A stretch of 64,000 bases of DNA. Origin: Planctomycetota bacterium (GTDB lineage: Bacteria; Planctomycetota; Brocadiia; JAADGH01). Below the pieces are notes generated by a model. That model searched no databases. It had not been told where the DNA came from and was given only the letters and a program-made list of their open reading frames with translations. The DNA lies in NCBI GenBank assembly GCA_040755855.1, contig JBFMAD010000005.1, forward strand, positions 32,001 to 96,000, in the 5' to 3' direction. The position numbers and the translations under genes are program-made. This document shows positions 32,481 through 42,824 of this stretch, piece after piece. Position 1 is the stretch's first letter, and each line of letters starts with the position of its first letter.

Positions 32481-33578
32481 GTGCGAACGATCGCTCGCCG
32501 GATGGGGAAGCTGGATTCCTCCGGCATCCGCAAGGTTTTTGACTTGGCTCGGGAGATGGAGAACCCCGTCAACCTGAGCATCGGTCAGCCTCATTTTGAT
32601 ATCCCCCCCGAAATCAAGACCGCCGCGATTGATTCCATCAACCAGGGCCTGAACCAGTACACCGTCACCCAGGGCATCCCGGAACTTCGCGAGGGGATCA
32701 TGGAGGGCCTGTTCCCCGCCGGCCCCTCTCATGGGGAGGAGATCCTCATTACATCGGGCACATCGGGCGGACTCTTCCTGGCCTTTCTGGTGCTGGTGGA
32801 CCCCGGCGACGAGGTGCTCATCCCCGATCCCTATTTCGTGATGTACAAACACCTCGTGAACCTGTGCGACGGCAAGCCGGTTTTTGTGGACACCTACCCC
32901 GACTTCCGGCTGACGGCGGAGCGCATCGAGCCGCGCCTGACGCCCCGGAGCAAGCTGCTCATCACCAACAGCCCCACCAACCCCACCGGGGCCGTGTGGA
33001 GCGAGGCGGAGATGAACGAGATCATTGATCTGGCCCGCCGGCGCGATCTGATCCTGATCTCCGACGAAATCTACTCGGCCTATACCTATGACGGCCCCCC
33101 CGTCACGGCGGCGGGCCGTTACGAGAATCTCCTCCTGCTAAACGGCTTCTCCAAATCCCACGCCATGACCGGCTGGCGGATCGGGTTCGCCGTCGGCCCG
33201 GCGGAAATCATCCGGGAGATGACCAAACTGCAACAGTTCTCATTTGTCTGCGCCCCATCCTTTGCCCAACGGGCGGCGAGGGAGGCGCTGGAACTGGACA
33301 CGTCGAGCCATGTGAATGATTACAGACGGAAACGGGACATGATCTGGGAGGGACTCCGGGGCAAGTACGACCTCCAAAGGCCACAGGGGGCGTTCTACGC
33401 CTTTCCCAGGGTCCCCCACGGCACAGGACAAGAATTCGCGGCGGAAGCGATCAAGAATAATCTCCTGGTCATCCCCGGCGAGGTGTTCTCCGAGCGAGAC
33501 ACGCATTTCCGAATCGCCTACGCGGCCAACGACGAAACCATCAGACGAGGGATCGAAATCCTGAATTCGATGGTCTGA
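32481..33578 (+). CDS. PLP-dependent aminotransferase class I/II
   Basis: NSPTNPTG, SDEIY, GFSKSHAMTGWRIG. Confidence 0.92.
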   Translation: MRTIARRMGKLDSSGIRKVFDLAREMENPVNLSIGQPHFDIPPEIKTAAIDSINQGLNQYTVTQGIPELREGIMEGLFPAGPSHGEEILITSGTSGGLFLAFLVLVDPGDEVLIPDPYFVMYKHLVNLCDGKPVFVDTYPDFRLTAERIEPRLTPRSKLLITNSPTNPTGAVWSEAEMNEIIDLARRRDLILISDEIYSAYTYDGPPVTAAGRYENLLLLNGFSKSHAMTGWRIGFAVGPAEIIREMTKLQQFSFVCAPSFAQRAAREALELDTSSHVNDYRRKRDMIWEGLRGKYDLQRPQGAFYAFPRVPHGTGQEFAAEAIKNNLLVIPGEVFSERDTHFRIAYAANDETIRRGIEILNSMV

Positions 33579-33707
33579 CCCCTTTTCCTTCGGTCTTTCC
33601 CAAAAAAGGCTTGAAAAAGCGCAGGATTGGGGTAAAATACTGTGCTTGCATATGTGTAGCGCAACGCGAGGCCCGACTGGGCTGAGGGCTATGACTGAGG
33701 ATATGGA

Positions 33708-34205
33708 ATGAATTTCACGCTGCTCGACCGAATTACCTCTATCACGGAAAACAAGAGCATCAAGACCGCGAAGTGCCTTTCGCGGGGCGAGGAATACCTG
33801 GCAGACCACTTTCCGGGAAACCCCGTCATGCCGGGCGTACTACAGCTCGAGGCCATGATCCAGTCGGCGGCGTGGCTGCTACGGGTGACGCAGAATTTCT
33901 CTCACTCCATGGTCGTCCTGCGTGAGACGCGAAATGTCACCTACGGGAAGTTCGTCGCGCCGGGCGATCAGTTGCTGATTGATGTGGATTTGTTGGGGGT
34001 CGAGGACAGCACGGCCCGCTTTCGGGGCAAGGGGAGAGTGGATGGAAACGTGGTAGTGAAGGCGCAGTTCGATCTGAAATTCTTCAATCTGGCCGACATT
34101 GACGGCTCCCTGGCGGATCGGGACAAGACGATCCTCCAAGCGGCAAGGAAGAAGTTTCAAGAGCTCGGGGGCGTCAAAGCGATTGGGGCGCCGGCAGAAT
34201 CATGA
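33708..34205 (+). CDS. FabZ-like 3-hydroxyacyl-ACP dehydratase
   Basis: DHFPGNPVMPGVLQLEAM; upstream TTGAAA (33611)/TAAAAT (33633). Confidence 0.85.
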   Translation: MNFTLLDRITSITENKSIKTAKCLSRGEEYLADHFPGNPVMPGVLQLEAMIQSAAWLLRVTQNFSHSMVVLRETRNVTYGKFVAPGDQLLIDVDLLGVEDSTARFRGKGRVDGNVVVKAQFDLKFFNLADIDGSLADRDKTILQAARKKFQELGGVKAIGAPAES

Positions 34206-35521
34206 AGTTGCTTCTTGTCCAGCCGTCTCACTTTGACCGCCGGGGAAGGCTCTTTAAGAGCCGCAAGCTGCCGTATCCGGGGCTGGCCCTGCCGCTCATC
34301 GCGGCGCTGACGCCGCCGGATTGGGACGTCGAGATCGTCAACGACTACGCCGAGGGGATTGATTACGACGCGCCGTGCGACCTGGTGGGCATCACCGCGA
34401 TGACCCCGCAAGCGTACCGCGCCTATCAAATCGCCGATCAGTTCCGGGGGCGCGGCAGGCCGGTTGTGATGGGCGGGTTTCATGCGACCAACGTGCCGGA
34501 GCAGACGCTCGATCACGTGGACGCCATCGTGCGGGGCGAAGCCGAGCCGGTCTGGGGCGAACTGATTGACGATGTGAAACGGGGCCGACTCAAAAAAATC
34601 TATGCGGCGGACGAACCGGTGGACCTGTCGAAGCTGCCGACGCCGCGGTACGACCTGCTGAAGCGCGAGCACTACTCGCTCCGGGCCTTTCCGGTGCAGA
34701 CGACGCGCGGCTGCCCGAACCGGTGCGACTTCTGCTCGGTGACGGAGTTCTACGGCGGCAAGTACCGCTTCCGGCCGGTGCAGGACGTGGTGCGCGACGT
34801 GAAGGCCACGGGCCGCCGATGGACGTTCTTCATTGACGACAATATCGCGGCGAGCGCAAAGTACTGCATCGAGCTGTGCAACGCGCTGAAGCCGTTGAAG
34901 ATCATCTGGGGCAGCCAATGCAGCCTGACGGTGGGCGATAAGCCCGAGGTCCTCAAGGCGGCGTCGGAGGCGGGATGTTTTTCTCTCTTTGTGGGGATGG
35001 AAAGCCTGAACCCGGAGAGCCTGAGCAGCGTCAACAAGGAATTCAACAAAGTCGAGGATTACGAGCGCCAGATCAACGCCATCCGCGACGCGGGCATTAT
35101 GCCGATGGTGAGCATGATCGCGGGGCTGGACGGAGACGATGAACGGGTCTTTAAGCAGATGCGCAGTTTCCTGACGCGCATGAGAATTCCCATCGCCTAC
35201 GCCTTCATCCTGACCCCCGGCCCGGCGACGAGGCTCTTTGATCGGTTCGAGAAGGAAGGACGGATGCTGGACCATGACTGGTCGCGCTACGGCGGCGACG
35301 AGACCATATTCCAGCCGAAGAAGATTTCGCCGGCCGCGCTTGAGACGGGCCTGTGGGAGTTCTTTAAGCCGTTCTATTCGCTGCCGAGCATATTCCGGCG
35401 GCTATTTGTGAGAGAGGTTTTTACGAACCGACGGATTCGGTTGCGCACATTGATCGCCTTGAAATTCAACCTGCTCCACCGCAACAGCCTGATGCGAGGG
35501 GTTCATCCGCTTCGCGGTTGA
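34202..35521 (+). CDS. Cobalamin-binding radical SAM enzyme
   Basis: N-terminal B12-binding domain (DLVGIT...VMGGFHA) and [15 protein letters not shown] overlap. Confidence 0.9.
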   Translation: MKLLLVQPSHFDRRGRLFKSRKLPYPGLALPLIAALTPPDWDVEIVNDYAEGIDYDAPCDLVGITAMTPQAYRAYQIADQFRGRGRPVVMGGFHATNVPEQTLDHVDAIVRGEAEPVWGELIDDVKRGRLKKIYAADEPVDLSKLPTPRYDLLKREHYSLRAFPVQTTRGCPNRCDFCSVTEFYGGKYRFRPVQDVVRDVKATGRRWTFFIDDNIAASAKYCIELCNALKPLKIIWGSQCSLTVGDKPEVLKAASEAGCFSLFVGMESLNPESLSSVNKEFNKVEDYERQINAIRDAGIMPMVSMIAGLDGDDERVFKQMRSFLTRMRIPIAYAFILTPGPATRLFDRFEKEGRMLDHDWSRYGGDETIFQPKKISPAALETGLWEFFKPFYSLPSIFRRLFVREVFTNRRIRLRTLIALKFNLLHRNSLMRGVHPLRG

Positions 35522-35619
35522 GCGATGTAGGGAAGGTAGAAGCGGCATCTCGTCGCTTCGGAAGATGTGGTAAGCATCTTCCACTTTGCGGGTGACGCCC
35601 GCGACTTAGGGAAAAACGA

Positions 35620-36375
35620 ATGAGACTAAAAGGCCGCAACGCGATTGTCACCGGCGGGTCGCGCGGCATCGGGCGGGCCATCTGTGTGGCCATGGCCCGT
35701 GAAGGCGCGACACTCGTGGTGAACTATAACCGGAATGAGGACGCGGCAAAAGAGGTAATCGCGGAGATCGAGGGACTGGGCGGCAAGGCGTGGGTCTGCC
35801 AGGGCGACGCCCGAGATTCCGCCGCCGCGCAAAAGGTGGTGGACTTTGCCGTGGAGAAGATGGAGAGAGTGGACATCCTGGTCAACAATGCCGGCGTGAT
35901 CCGGGACAACCTCTTCATCGCCATGAGCGACGAGGAATGGGATGCCGTGCTGGATACCAACCTGGGGGGGGTGAGGAACTTCACCAAGGCGATTGTGCCC
36001 ATGATGATGATGCAGAAGTCGGGGCGAATCGTCAACATCTCGTCCATGGCCGGGCTGCGGGGCGGGCGGGGGCAGAGCAACTACGCGGCATCAAAGGGGG
36101 CCATCAACGCCCTGACCCGCGCCCTCGCGGTGGAGCTGGCGTCGAAAGGTATTACCGTCAATGCGGTTGCCCCGGGCATGATCGCGACGGAGATGAGCAG
36201 CAACGTGCGGGGTATGATGGATGAGAAGCTGTTGAAACGAATACCCCTCGGCCGGTACGGCGAACCGGCCGACGTGGCCAATGTCGTGGTGTTTCTGAGC
36301 TCCGACGAGGCGAGCTACATCACGGGCCAGGTCATCCCCGTGGACGGCGGCATGACGGTAGCGGTGAAAATGTAA
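35620..36375 (+). CDS. fabG: 3-oxoacyl-ACP reductase (FabG-like)
   Basis: [17 protein letters not shown]. Confidence 0.88.
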   Translation: MRLKGRNAIVTGGSRGIGRAICVAMAREGATLVVNYNRNEDAAKEVIAEIEGLGGKAWVCQGDARDSAAAQKVVDFAVEKMERVDILVNNAGVIRDNLFIAMSDEEWDAVLDTNLGGVRNFTKAIVPMMMMQKSGRIVNISSMAGLRGGRGQSNYAASKGAINALTRALAVELASKGITVNAVAPGMIATEMSSNVRGMMDEKLLKRIPLGRYGEPADVANVVVFLSSDEASYITGQVIPVDGGMTVAVKM

Positions 36376-36415
36376 GTTTTTTCCACATCTATCTGCTTTA
36401 CGGAGGCTGGTTGGA

Positions 36416-36808
36416 ATGGCTGACACGAATGCGGTATTGGAAAAGGTGACTGAGTGCCTCGTCGAGGCCCTCGGCGTGGAAGAGGATGAGGTCGAGATGA
36501 AGGCGTCGCTCACCGCCGACCTCGGCGCCGAGTCAATAGACTTCCTCGACATCGTCTTCCGGCTCGAAAAGACATTCGACATCAAAATCCCCCGCGGCGA
36601 ACTCTTCCCGGAGAGCCTTCTCTCCAATCCCGAGTTCGTCAAGGACGGGAAGATGACCGAGCAGGGGCTCGAAGAGCTTCGAAAACGCCTCCCCTACGCC
36701 GACCTGGGCGAATTTGAGCAGGACCCGAACGTCGCCGAGATCGGCAACCTCTTCACCGTCGAAATGATCGTCCGATACGTCGAAGACAAACTGGCCGCCA
36801 AGGCATAA
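36416..36808 (+). CDS. Atypical long acyl carrier protein (130 aa)
   Basis: DLGAESIDFLDI phosphopantetheine site (Ser codon 36533); long insertion before the final TV..IV.YV helix. Confidence 0.88.
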   Translation: MADTNAVLEKVTECLVEALGVEEDEVEMKASLTADLGAESIDFLDIVFRLEKTFDIKIPRGELFPESLLSNPEFVKDGKMTEQGLEELRKRLPYADLGEFEQDPNVAEIGNLFTVEMIVRYVEDKLAAKA

Positions 36809-36832
36809 GAACACTAATAGGCTCGGGATTCC

Positions 36833-37315
36833 ATGCGCTGGATATTCGTTGACCGATTTCTGGAACTGAAGAGGGGCAAGTACGCGAAAGCGATCAAAAA
36901 CATCTCGATGGGCGAGGACCATCTGCACGATCACTTTCCCCTATTCCCCGTCATGCCCAACTCCCTCATCATCGAGGCCCTGGCCCAGACGGGCGGGGTC
37001 CTCGCCGGCCTGAGCCATGACTTTAAAAACATGGTTATCCTCGCCAAGATCGAAAAGGCCACCTTCCACGATATGGCCACCCCTGGGGATCAACTCATCC
37101 TCGAGGCCGAGATCGTAGAGGACAGGGAGGAGGGCTGCCGCGTGACCGGCCGGGCCAACCTGAATGGCAAGCGCCTCGCCGACGTCTCGATCCTCTTCGC
37201 CAACCTCGATACGTCGCAAATGGACTCCCCCGTGGACAACTTTGTGTTCACCAGGCAATTCCTCGCCTTGCTCGGCGTTGATAAGGTATTGGCCGAGAAC
37301 GCTGAAACAAAATGA
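36833..37315 (+). CDS. Second FabZ-like dehydratase
   Basis: DHFPLFPVMPNSLIIEALAQ. Confidence 0.85.
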   Translation: MRWIFVDRFLELKRGKYAKAIKNISMGEDHLHDHFPLFPVMPNSLIIEALAQTGGVLAGLSHDFKNMVILAKIEKATFHDMATPGDQLILEAEIVEDREEGCRVTGRANLNGKRLADVSILFANLDTSQMDSPVDNFVFTRQFLALLGVDKVLAENAETK

Positions 37316-38595
37316 ACCGCCGCATTGTCATAACCGGGATTGGCGTGATCTCCCCCGTCGGGATCGGCAAGGAAGCCTTCTGGCAGGGCCTCTCCACAGG
37401 GCGTTCCGGCATCGGCCGCATCGATGCCTTCGACGTATCCAGCTGCCCAACACAGATCGCCGGAGAGGTGAAGGACTTCTCGGCCAAGGACTATGTGCAG
37501 CCGCGCAAGGCCCTCAAGGTCATGGCCCGAGACATCCAGATGGCCGTCGCCGCCGCCGCCGTGGCCGTCGAGGACTCGAGGGTCAAGGAGGCCGTCGCTC
37601 CGGAACGCATGGGCGTCAGCCTCGGCGCAGGGCTTATCAGCTCCGACGTTGGCGAGCTCGGCACAGCCATCGCCCATGCGCGCGACGACTCGGGAGCCTT
37701 TGACATCCGGAAATTCGGCGCAGAAGGCATGGAATATCTCTTCCCCCTCTGGCTCCTCAAATACCTGCCCAACATGCTTGCCTGCCACATGTCCATCATC
37801 CACGACGCCCGCGGACCGTCCAACACCATTACCACCGCCTGCGCCGCCAGCGCACAAGCCATCGGGGAGGGCTGCCGCATTATCGAACGCGGCAACGCCG
37901 ACGTCATGATCTGCGGCGGAGCGGAATCCAAGATCAACCCCGTCAGCCTCGTCCGATACATCCTCTTCGGCGGCCTCTCCCAAAGAAATAACGAACCGGC
38001 GCGAGCCTGCCGACCCTTCGATCAGGACCGCGACGGCCTCGTCCTTGGCGAGGGGGGTGGTCTGTTGGTGATTGAGGAACTGGAGCACGCCCGCAGGCGA
38101 GGCGCGACGATCTACGCCGAAATTGCGGGCTATGGTACTACCTGTGACGCCTCCGCAACTTCCGGAAAACCGGGTGACAACCATACCCGGACGGAATGCA
38201 TGCGACGGGCGCTTCGGGACGGCGGTCTGACGCCCGACGACCTGAGCCTCATCTGCGCCTGCGGTCTGGGCAGCAAGGAGAAAGACCGAATCGAGGCGGA
38301 AGCCATTCGAGACCTTCTCGGCAACGGGGCCTCGAAGGTCCCCGTAACCTCGATCAAGTCCATGATCGGCCATCTGGGCGCCGGCGCCGGGGCCGTGGAG
38401 CTGATCGCGTGCGTATTGGCCATTTGCCATGGCTTGATCCCACCGACGCTCAACTGCGACCACCCGGATGATGGGTTTGCCCTGGACTTCGTGACCCGCG
38501 AGCCGAGGCGGGCGGAGATCAAGGCCATACTGTCCACGACGTCGAGCTTCGCGGGGCAGAACGCGGCGATAGCAGTAAAGAAATTTATTGAATGA
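37312..38595 (+). CDS. Beta-ketoacyl synthase homologue with degenerate active site (possible CLF-like partner)
   Basis: TACAAS Cys retained; first catalytic His motif replaced by ICACGLGS; KSMIGH retained. Confidence 0.85.
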   Translation: MNRRIVITGIGVISPVGIGKEAFWQGLSTGRSGIGRIDAFDVSSCPTQIAGEVKDFSAKDYVQPRKALKVMARDIQMAVAAAAVAVEDSRVKEAVAPERMGVSLGAGLISSDVGELGTAIAHARDDSGAFDIRKFGAEGMEYLFPLWLLKYLPNMLACHMSIIHDARGPSNTITTACAASAQAIGEGCRIIERGNADVMICGGAESKINPVSLVRYILFGGLSQRNNEPARACRPFDQDRDGLVLGEGGGLLVIEELEHARRRGATIYAEIAGYGTTCDASATSGKPGDNHTRTECMRRALRDGGLTPDDLSLICACGLGSKEKDRIEAEAIRDLLGNGASKVPVTSIKSMIGHLGAGAGAVELIACVLAICHGLIPPTLNCDHPDDGFALDFVTREPRRAEIKAILSTTSSFAGQNAAIAVKKFIE

Positions 38596-38601
38596 ACGGC
38601 C

Positions 38602-38625
38602 GTAGCTGAACTCGCCAGAGTGCAG
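38602..38625. repeat. Single GTAG REP-like copy
   Basis: GTAGCTGAACTCGCCAGAGT is identical over 20 nt to 6017-6036. Confidence 0.7.
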
Positions 38626-38653
38626 ATTCTTCGACCAAAAAGGATGTGTTGTT

Positions 38654-39937
38654 GTGGCTAATCGAGTGGTTATCACCGGCGTGGGCATGGTCACCCCCCT
38701 CGGGATCGGCACCGAAAACAACTGGCAGGCCCTGCTGAGAGGCGAGTCGGGGCTCGACTACATCACGCTCTTCGACGCCTCAAAGTACCCCACCAAGGTG
38801 GCGGGCGAAGTGAGGAACTTCGACGTAAACGATTTCGTGGACGACCCTGCGCGCTTCGAGCACACCGGACGAAACACGAAGTTCGCCGCCGCCGCCAGCG
38901 AGATGGCCTGGAAAGACGGCGGGCTGAAGGGGGTTCGCCTCGAACCCGCCCGCGTGGGGGTTTACCTCGGGTCGGGCGAGGGCCAACTCGACTTCGACAA
39001 TTTCGTCAACGCTATCGCCTTTGCGTGGAACGGCGGCGGCGTTGATGTGGCGGAGTTCTGCCGGCGCGGCCTGGCGACCTTCCACAAGCTTCGGGAAATG
39101 GAGCAGGAGCCCAGCATGCCCGCAGGCCATGTGGCCGCGCTCTTCAACGCATGCGGCCCGAACTCGAACTGCCTGACGGCCTGCGCGGCAAGCAGCCAGG
39201 CCATCGGCGAGGCCACGGAGATCATCCGACGCGGCGACGCGGACCTCATGATCAGCGGCGGCACGCATTCGATGATCCACCCCCTCGGCATGGCGGGCTT
39301 CAACCTGCTAACCGCCCTTTCCACCTATAACGGCGATCCGAAAAAGGCCAGCCGACCCTTCGACCTCAGCCGCGACGGCTTTGTCCTGGGAGAGGGCGCG
39401 GGCATTGTGATCCTGGAGGAACTCTCCCACGCCAAGAGGCGCGGCGCCAGGATCCTGGCCGAGCTCGCGGGCTACGGCAGCACCGCCGACGCCTACCGAA
39501 TCACCGACACCCACCCCGAGGGACGCGGCGCCATTGACGCCATGAAGGAGGCACTGGCCGACGCAGGCGTCGCCCCAACGGAGGTGGACTATATCAACGC
39601 CCACGGCACATCCACGGTGGTCAACGACAAGGTGGAGACCCTCGCCATCAAGCGGGTCTTCGGGGACTACGCCTATGAGGTTCCCGTCAGCTCTATCAAG
39701 TCCATGCTCGGCCATCTGATCGCCGCTGCCGGGGCGGTGGAGGTCATCGCCTGCGCTCTGGCCATTCGGGACGGCGTGGTGCCGCCGACGATCAATTACC
39801 AGACGCCGGATCCCGACTGCGACCTCGATTACGTGCCCAACGAGGCGCGGCAGGCGGAGGTAAAGGTGGCCTTGTCGAATTCCTTCGGGTTCGGTGGACA
39901 GAACATTGCGCTCGTGGTTCGGGAGTTTGCGGAGTAG
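38654..39937 (+). CDS. fabF: Beta-ketoacyl-ACP synthase II (complete Cys-His-His triad)
   Basis: TACAAS, YINAHGTST, KSMLGH, NSFGFGG. Confidence 0.9.
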   Translation: MANRVVITGVGMVTPLGIGTENNWQALLRGESGLDYITLFDASKYPTKVAGEVRNFDVNDFVDDPARFEHTGRNTKFAAAASEMAWKDGGLKGVRLEPARVGVYLGSGEGQLDFDNFVNAIAFAWNGGGVDVAEFCRRGLATFHKLREMEQEPSMPAGHVAALFNACGPNSNCLTACAASSQAIGEATEIIRRGDADLMISGGTHSMIHPLGMAGFNLLTALSTYNGDPKKASRPFDLSRDGFVLGEGAGIVILEELSHAKRRGARILAELAGYGSTADAYRITDTHPEGRGAIDAMKEALADAGVAPTEVDYINAHGTSTVVNDKVETLAIKRVFGDYAYEVPVSSIKSMLGHLIAAAGAVEVIACALAIRDGVVPPTINYQTPDPDCDLDYVPNEARQAEVKVALSNSFGFGGQNIALVVREFAE

Positions 39938-39942
39938 GAGAG

Positions 39943-40887
39943 GTGCTGTTCTGGATCGTGACTGGCGTTATCGGGGGCCTCACGCTGCTTGCAGTGGGCT
40001 TTTTGGTGTACGTCGTCATCTTTTACATGCCGATCATCGTGAAGATCTTCGAGGATGGGCAGATTCTCCGCCCCCCGGCCGTCGGGGAGCGGCTGGAGGG
40101 GGAAGATGTGACGTTCCCGGCGACCGACGGGACGCCGCTCGCCGGGGTGTTTGTCAAGGGCGATGAGGGGAACGGGAGGACGATACTCTTCTGCCACGAG
40201 TACGGCTCCGACATGCACTCCCTGTCGAAGTATGGGAAGTTCCTCGTGGCGAAGGGATTCAACGTCTTCGCCTTCAACTTTCGAGGTCACGGGGCCAGCC
40301 GGGAGACGAACGGCTACGAGCCGCGGCAATGGGTTACGGACAAGGAGATCAAGGATACGTTTGGCGCGATCCGCTACCTCCAGACGCATCCGGATGTGGA
40401 CCCGGATCGGATCGGCATCTTCGGCGTCTCGCGGGGCGCGGGGTCGAGCATTTGCGTGGCGAGCCGATGCGACGTCGTGAAGGCGATCGTCGCCGACAGC
40501 GCGTTCTCCACGGAACTGACTCTCGAAAAGTACATGAAGAAGTGGGTGTCAATCTACGCCGGGGTGCAGGTCATCTATCGCAACTTGCCGGACTGGTTCT
40601 ACATGCTGTTGGGATTTATCTGCAGAAAGGTGACGGGCCGGCGATTGAAGTGCAGCTTCCCCTCCGTGGAGCGCTGCGCCAGGCGGGTTGCGCCGAGGCC
40701 GATCTACATGATCTACGGGGAGAATGATACCTATGTCGGGATGGCCCAGGCGAAGGACCTGTTTCGGCGGGCGGGCGACCCGAAGGACCTCTGGATCGTG
40801 CCCGGAGCGCGGCACAACGAAAGCGTGTCGGTCGCTCCGGAGGCGTATGCAAAGAATGTGGCCGAGTTTTTTGAAAAGAATCTCTGA
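39943..40887 (+). CDS. Membrane-anchored alpha/beta hydrolase
   Basis: N-terminal TM, GVSRG nucleophile elbow, D (ENDT) and H (ARHNE). Confidence 0.82.
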   Translation: MLFWIVTGVIGGLTLLAVGFLVYVVIFYMPIIVKIFEDGQILRPPAVGERLEGEDVTFPATDGTPLAGVFVKGDEGNGRTILFCHEYGSDMHSLSKYGKFLVAKGFNVFAFNFRGHGASRETNGYEPRQWVTDKEIKDTFGAIRYLQTHPDVDPDRIGIFGVSRGAGSSICVASRCDVVKAIVADSAFSTELTLEKYMKKWVSIYAGVQVIYRNLPDWFYMLLGFICRKVTGRRLKCSFPSVERCARRVAPRPIYMIYGENDTYVGMAQAKDLFRRAGDPKDLWIVPGARHNESVSVAPEAYAKNVAEFFEKNL

Positions 40888-40910
40888 GATCTCCTCTCGG
40901 TGATGACGGA

Positions 40911-41765
40911 ATGAAGTTCGTCGAGATTGATGGCGTCAAATACGAAGTCCTGTCCCCGTGGCGGAACTTTCTGAAGGTTATAACCAACCCCTGGAAGAAC
41001 CTCCTCGGTCACCCGTGGGTCCTGAAAAAAATCATGCTCGGGAGCGGCAGTCCTCTGGCCCAGGAGTCTATGGTGCGCCCTGGTGGATGGCGCGCCATGG
41101 AGATCATCTATGAGAACGCCGAACCGAAGAACGCCATTGACGCCATGGCCTGCCGGTACAACCCGTTTCCCATGGCCCTGCGCAACCGGAAGCGATACGT
41201 TACGAAGCGCATTGCCGAGCTGATCCGCGAATTCAAGGAAAAAGTGGAAAAGATATGCGTCGTGGGCGTCGGGGCGGGGCCGGGGACAAACATCCAGGAG
41301 GGCATTGTTAAATCGGAAATTGACAAGAACTCCGTGACGGCCTATCTGATTGACCTGGACAGCGACGCCTTTGCACACGGGAGAGAGGCGGCCCGAAGGC
41401 GAGGACTCGAAGGTCAAGTCCATTATATTCAGGGCGATGCCCGGGAAATCAAGCGGCACCTGCCGATCCACATCCAGCCGCATATCGTCAAAGTCATCGG
41501 CATTGTGGAATATCTGAGCGACGAACAAGTGCGCGAACTATTCGCCGTTATGCACGAGGCCCTCGCCACCGGCGGCGCCATTATCACCCACGGCCTGGTG
41601 GATTCCCATAACAGCCTACCCTTTCTGAAACGTGTGCTGAATTGGCATATTCACTGCCGAACCGGCGAGGACACCCGGCGCCTTCTCGAAGAGGCCGGCT
41701 TCACGGATATCGCATCGTTCACTACCCCCATGAACATCTACACAATCATCACAGCAAGGAAATAG
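40911..41765 (+). CDS. Class I SAM-dependent methyltransferase
   Basis: VGVGAGPG, LIDLD, QGDA, GIVEYL. Confidence 0.78.
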   Translation: MKFVEIDGVKYEVLSPWRNFLKVITNPWKNLLGHPWVLKKIMLGSGSPLAQESMVRPGGWRAMEIIYENAEPKNAIDAMACRYNPFPMALRNRKRYVTKRIAELIREFKEKVEKICVVGVGAGPGTNIQEGIVKSEIDKNSVTAYLIDLDSDAFAHGREAARRRGLEGQVHYIQGDAREIKRHLPIHIQPHIVKVIGIVEYLSDEQVRELFAVMHEALATGGAIITHGLVDSHNSLPFLKRVLNWHIHCRTGEDTRRLLEEAGFTDIASFTTPMNIYTIITARK

Positions 41766-41768
41766 CGC

Positions 41769-42812
41769 GTGGCAATACGCCAGATACTCGGCCTCATCAA
41801 GCTTTTCGGGTTCAGACGGCTCTGGCAGATGTACCGGCGTCACGAGGAGGCCCTACCCTATGTCCGGGGCTATTGTACGTCGGCCGTCCTCTGGGCGCTC
41901 CTCAAAACCGGCGTCCTCGACGAGATGAAAAAAAACGGCCCCGTGGACCTCGAAGCCTTTGCAGACACACACCACCTGAACCCATACGTCCTCGAAACGA
42001 TTTGCGAATACTTGGACGGCATCCGCGTCCTGAAGACGGCCAACGGTGCGTATGAGCTGGACGCCCGCGGACGCCGCTTTATGGAGGAACCCCGCGGCCT
42101 CTTCGACCTCCTGGCCGGATACGAAGAGGTACTCTTCCACCTCCTACCCATGCTGCGCAACGAAAAGATTTTCGGCAAGGATGTCTTCCGCCGCGGCGAC
42201 ATGGTGGCCAAGGGCAGCGGCGAACTCGGACGGCAGCTTCCCTTCCCCGTCCTCCAGGACATGATCCGGGGGCGCGGCTACCGGAGTGTAATGGACCTCG
42301 GCTGCGGCGACGCGGAGTTCCTTATCATCCTCTGCGAGAAGGACCCGAATATCCAATGCCACGGCTTCGACTATGACGAGAAGGCGGTCCACGTTGCGAA
42401 GGAAGAGATACAAAAGGCGAATATGAACAGCCGCGTCTCTGTCTTTGTCGGCGACATGTTCGACCTGCAGAAGGGCAGGAACGAATGGCCCGCGGTGGAC
42501 GCCTTCACCGCCGTGGATGTCTTTCACGAGTATCTCTTTGAAGGGCCGGAAAAGATCGCCGCGCTCCTGAAGCAGATGAAAGAAACGTTCCCCGAGACGC
42601 ACCTTCTCGTGGCGGAGTTCTGCAAGCAGCCGCACGAGAAGCTGCGCAAGCGCCCCACGGCCTTCCTGGAGCACCATCTGCTGCACAACCTGACGAACCA
42701 GAAGATACTGAGCGCTTCCGAATGGGAAGGTCTCTTCGAGGGGGCGGGATATGTCATTGATGAGAAGCGGATTTTTGATATGGTAGGGCACGGGTACTAC
42801 GCGCTTCGCTGA
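41769..42812 (+). CDS. SAM-dependent methyltransferase with N-terminal winged-helix (O-MT-like)
   Basis: MDLGCGDA, GFD, VGDMF, VFHE. Confidence 0.8.
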   Translation: MAIRQILGLIKLFGFRRLWQMYRRHEEALPYVRGYCTSAVLWALLKTGVLDEMKKNGPVDLEAFADTHHLNPYVLETICEYLDGIRVLKTANGAYELDARGRRFMEEPRGLFDLLAGYEEVLFHLLPMLRNEKIFGKDVFRRGDMVAKGSGELGRQLPFPVLQDMIRGRGYRSVMDLGCGDAEFLIILCEKDPNIQCHGFDYDEKAVHVAKEEIQKANMNSRVSVFVGDMFDLQKGRNEWPAVDAFTAVDVFHEYLFEGPEKIAALLKQMKETFPETHLLVAEFCKQPHEKLRKRPTAFLEHHLLHNLTNQKILSASEWEGLFEGAGYVIDEKRIFDMVGHGYYALR

Positions 42813-42824
42813 GGGCAGGGCCTG

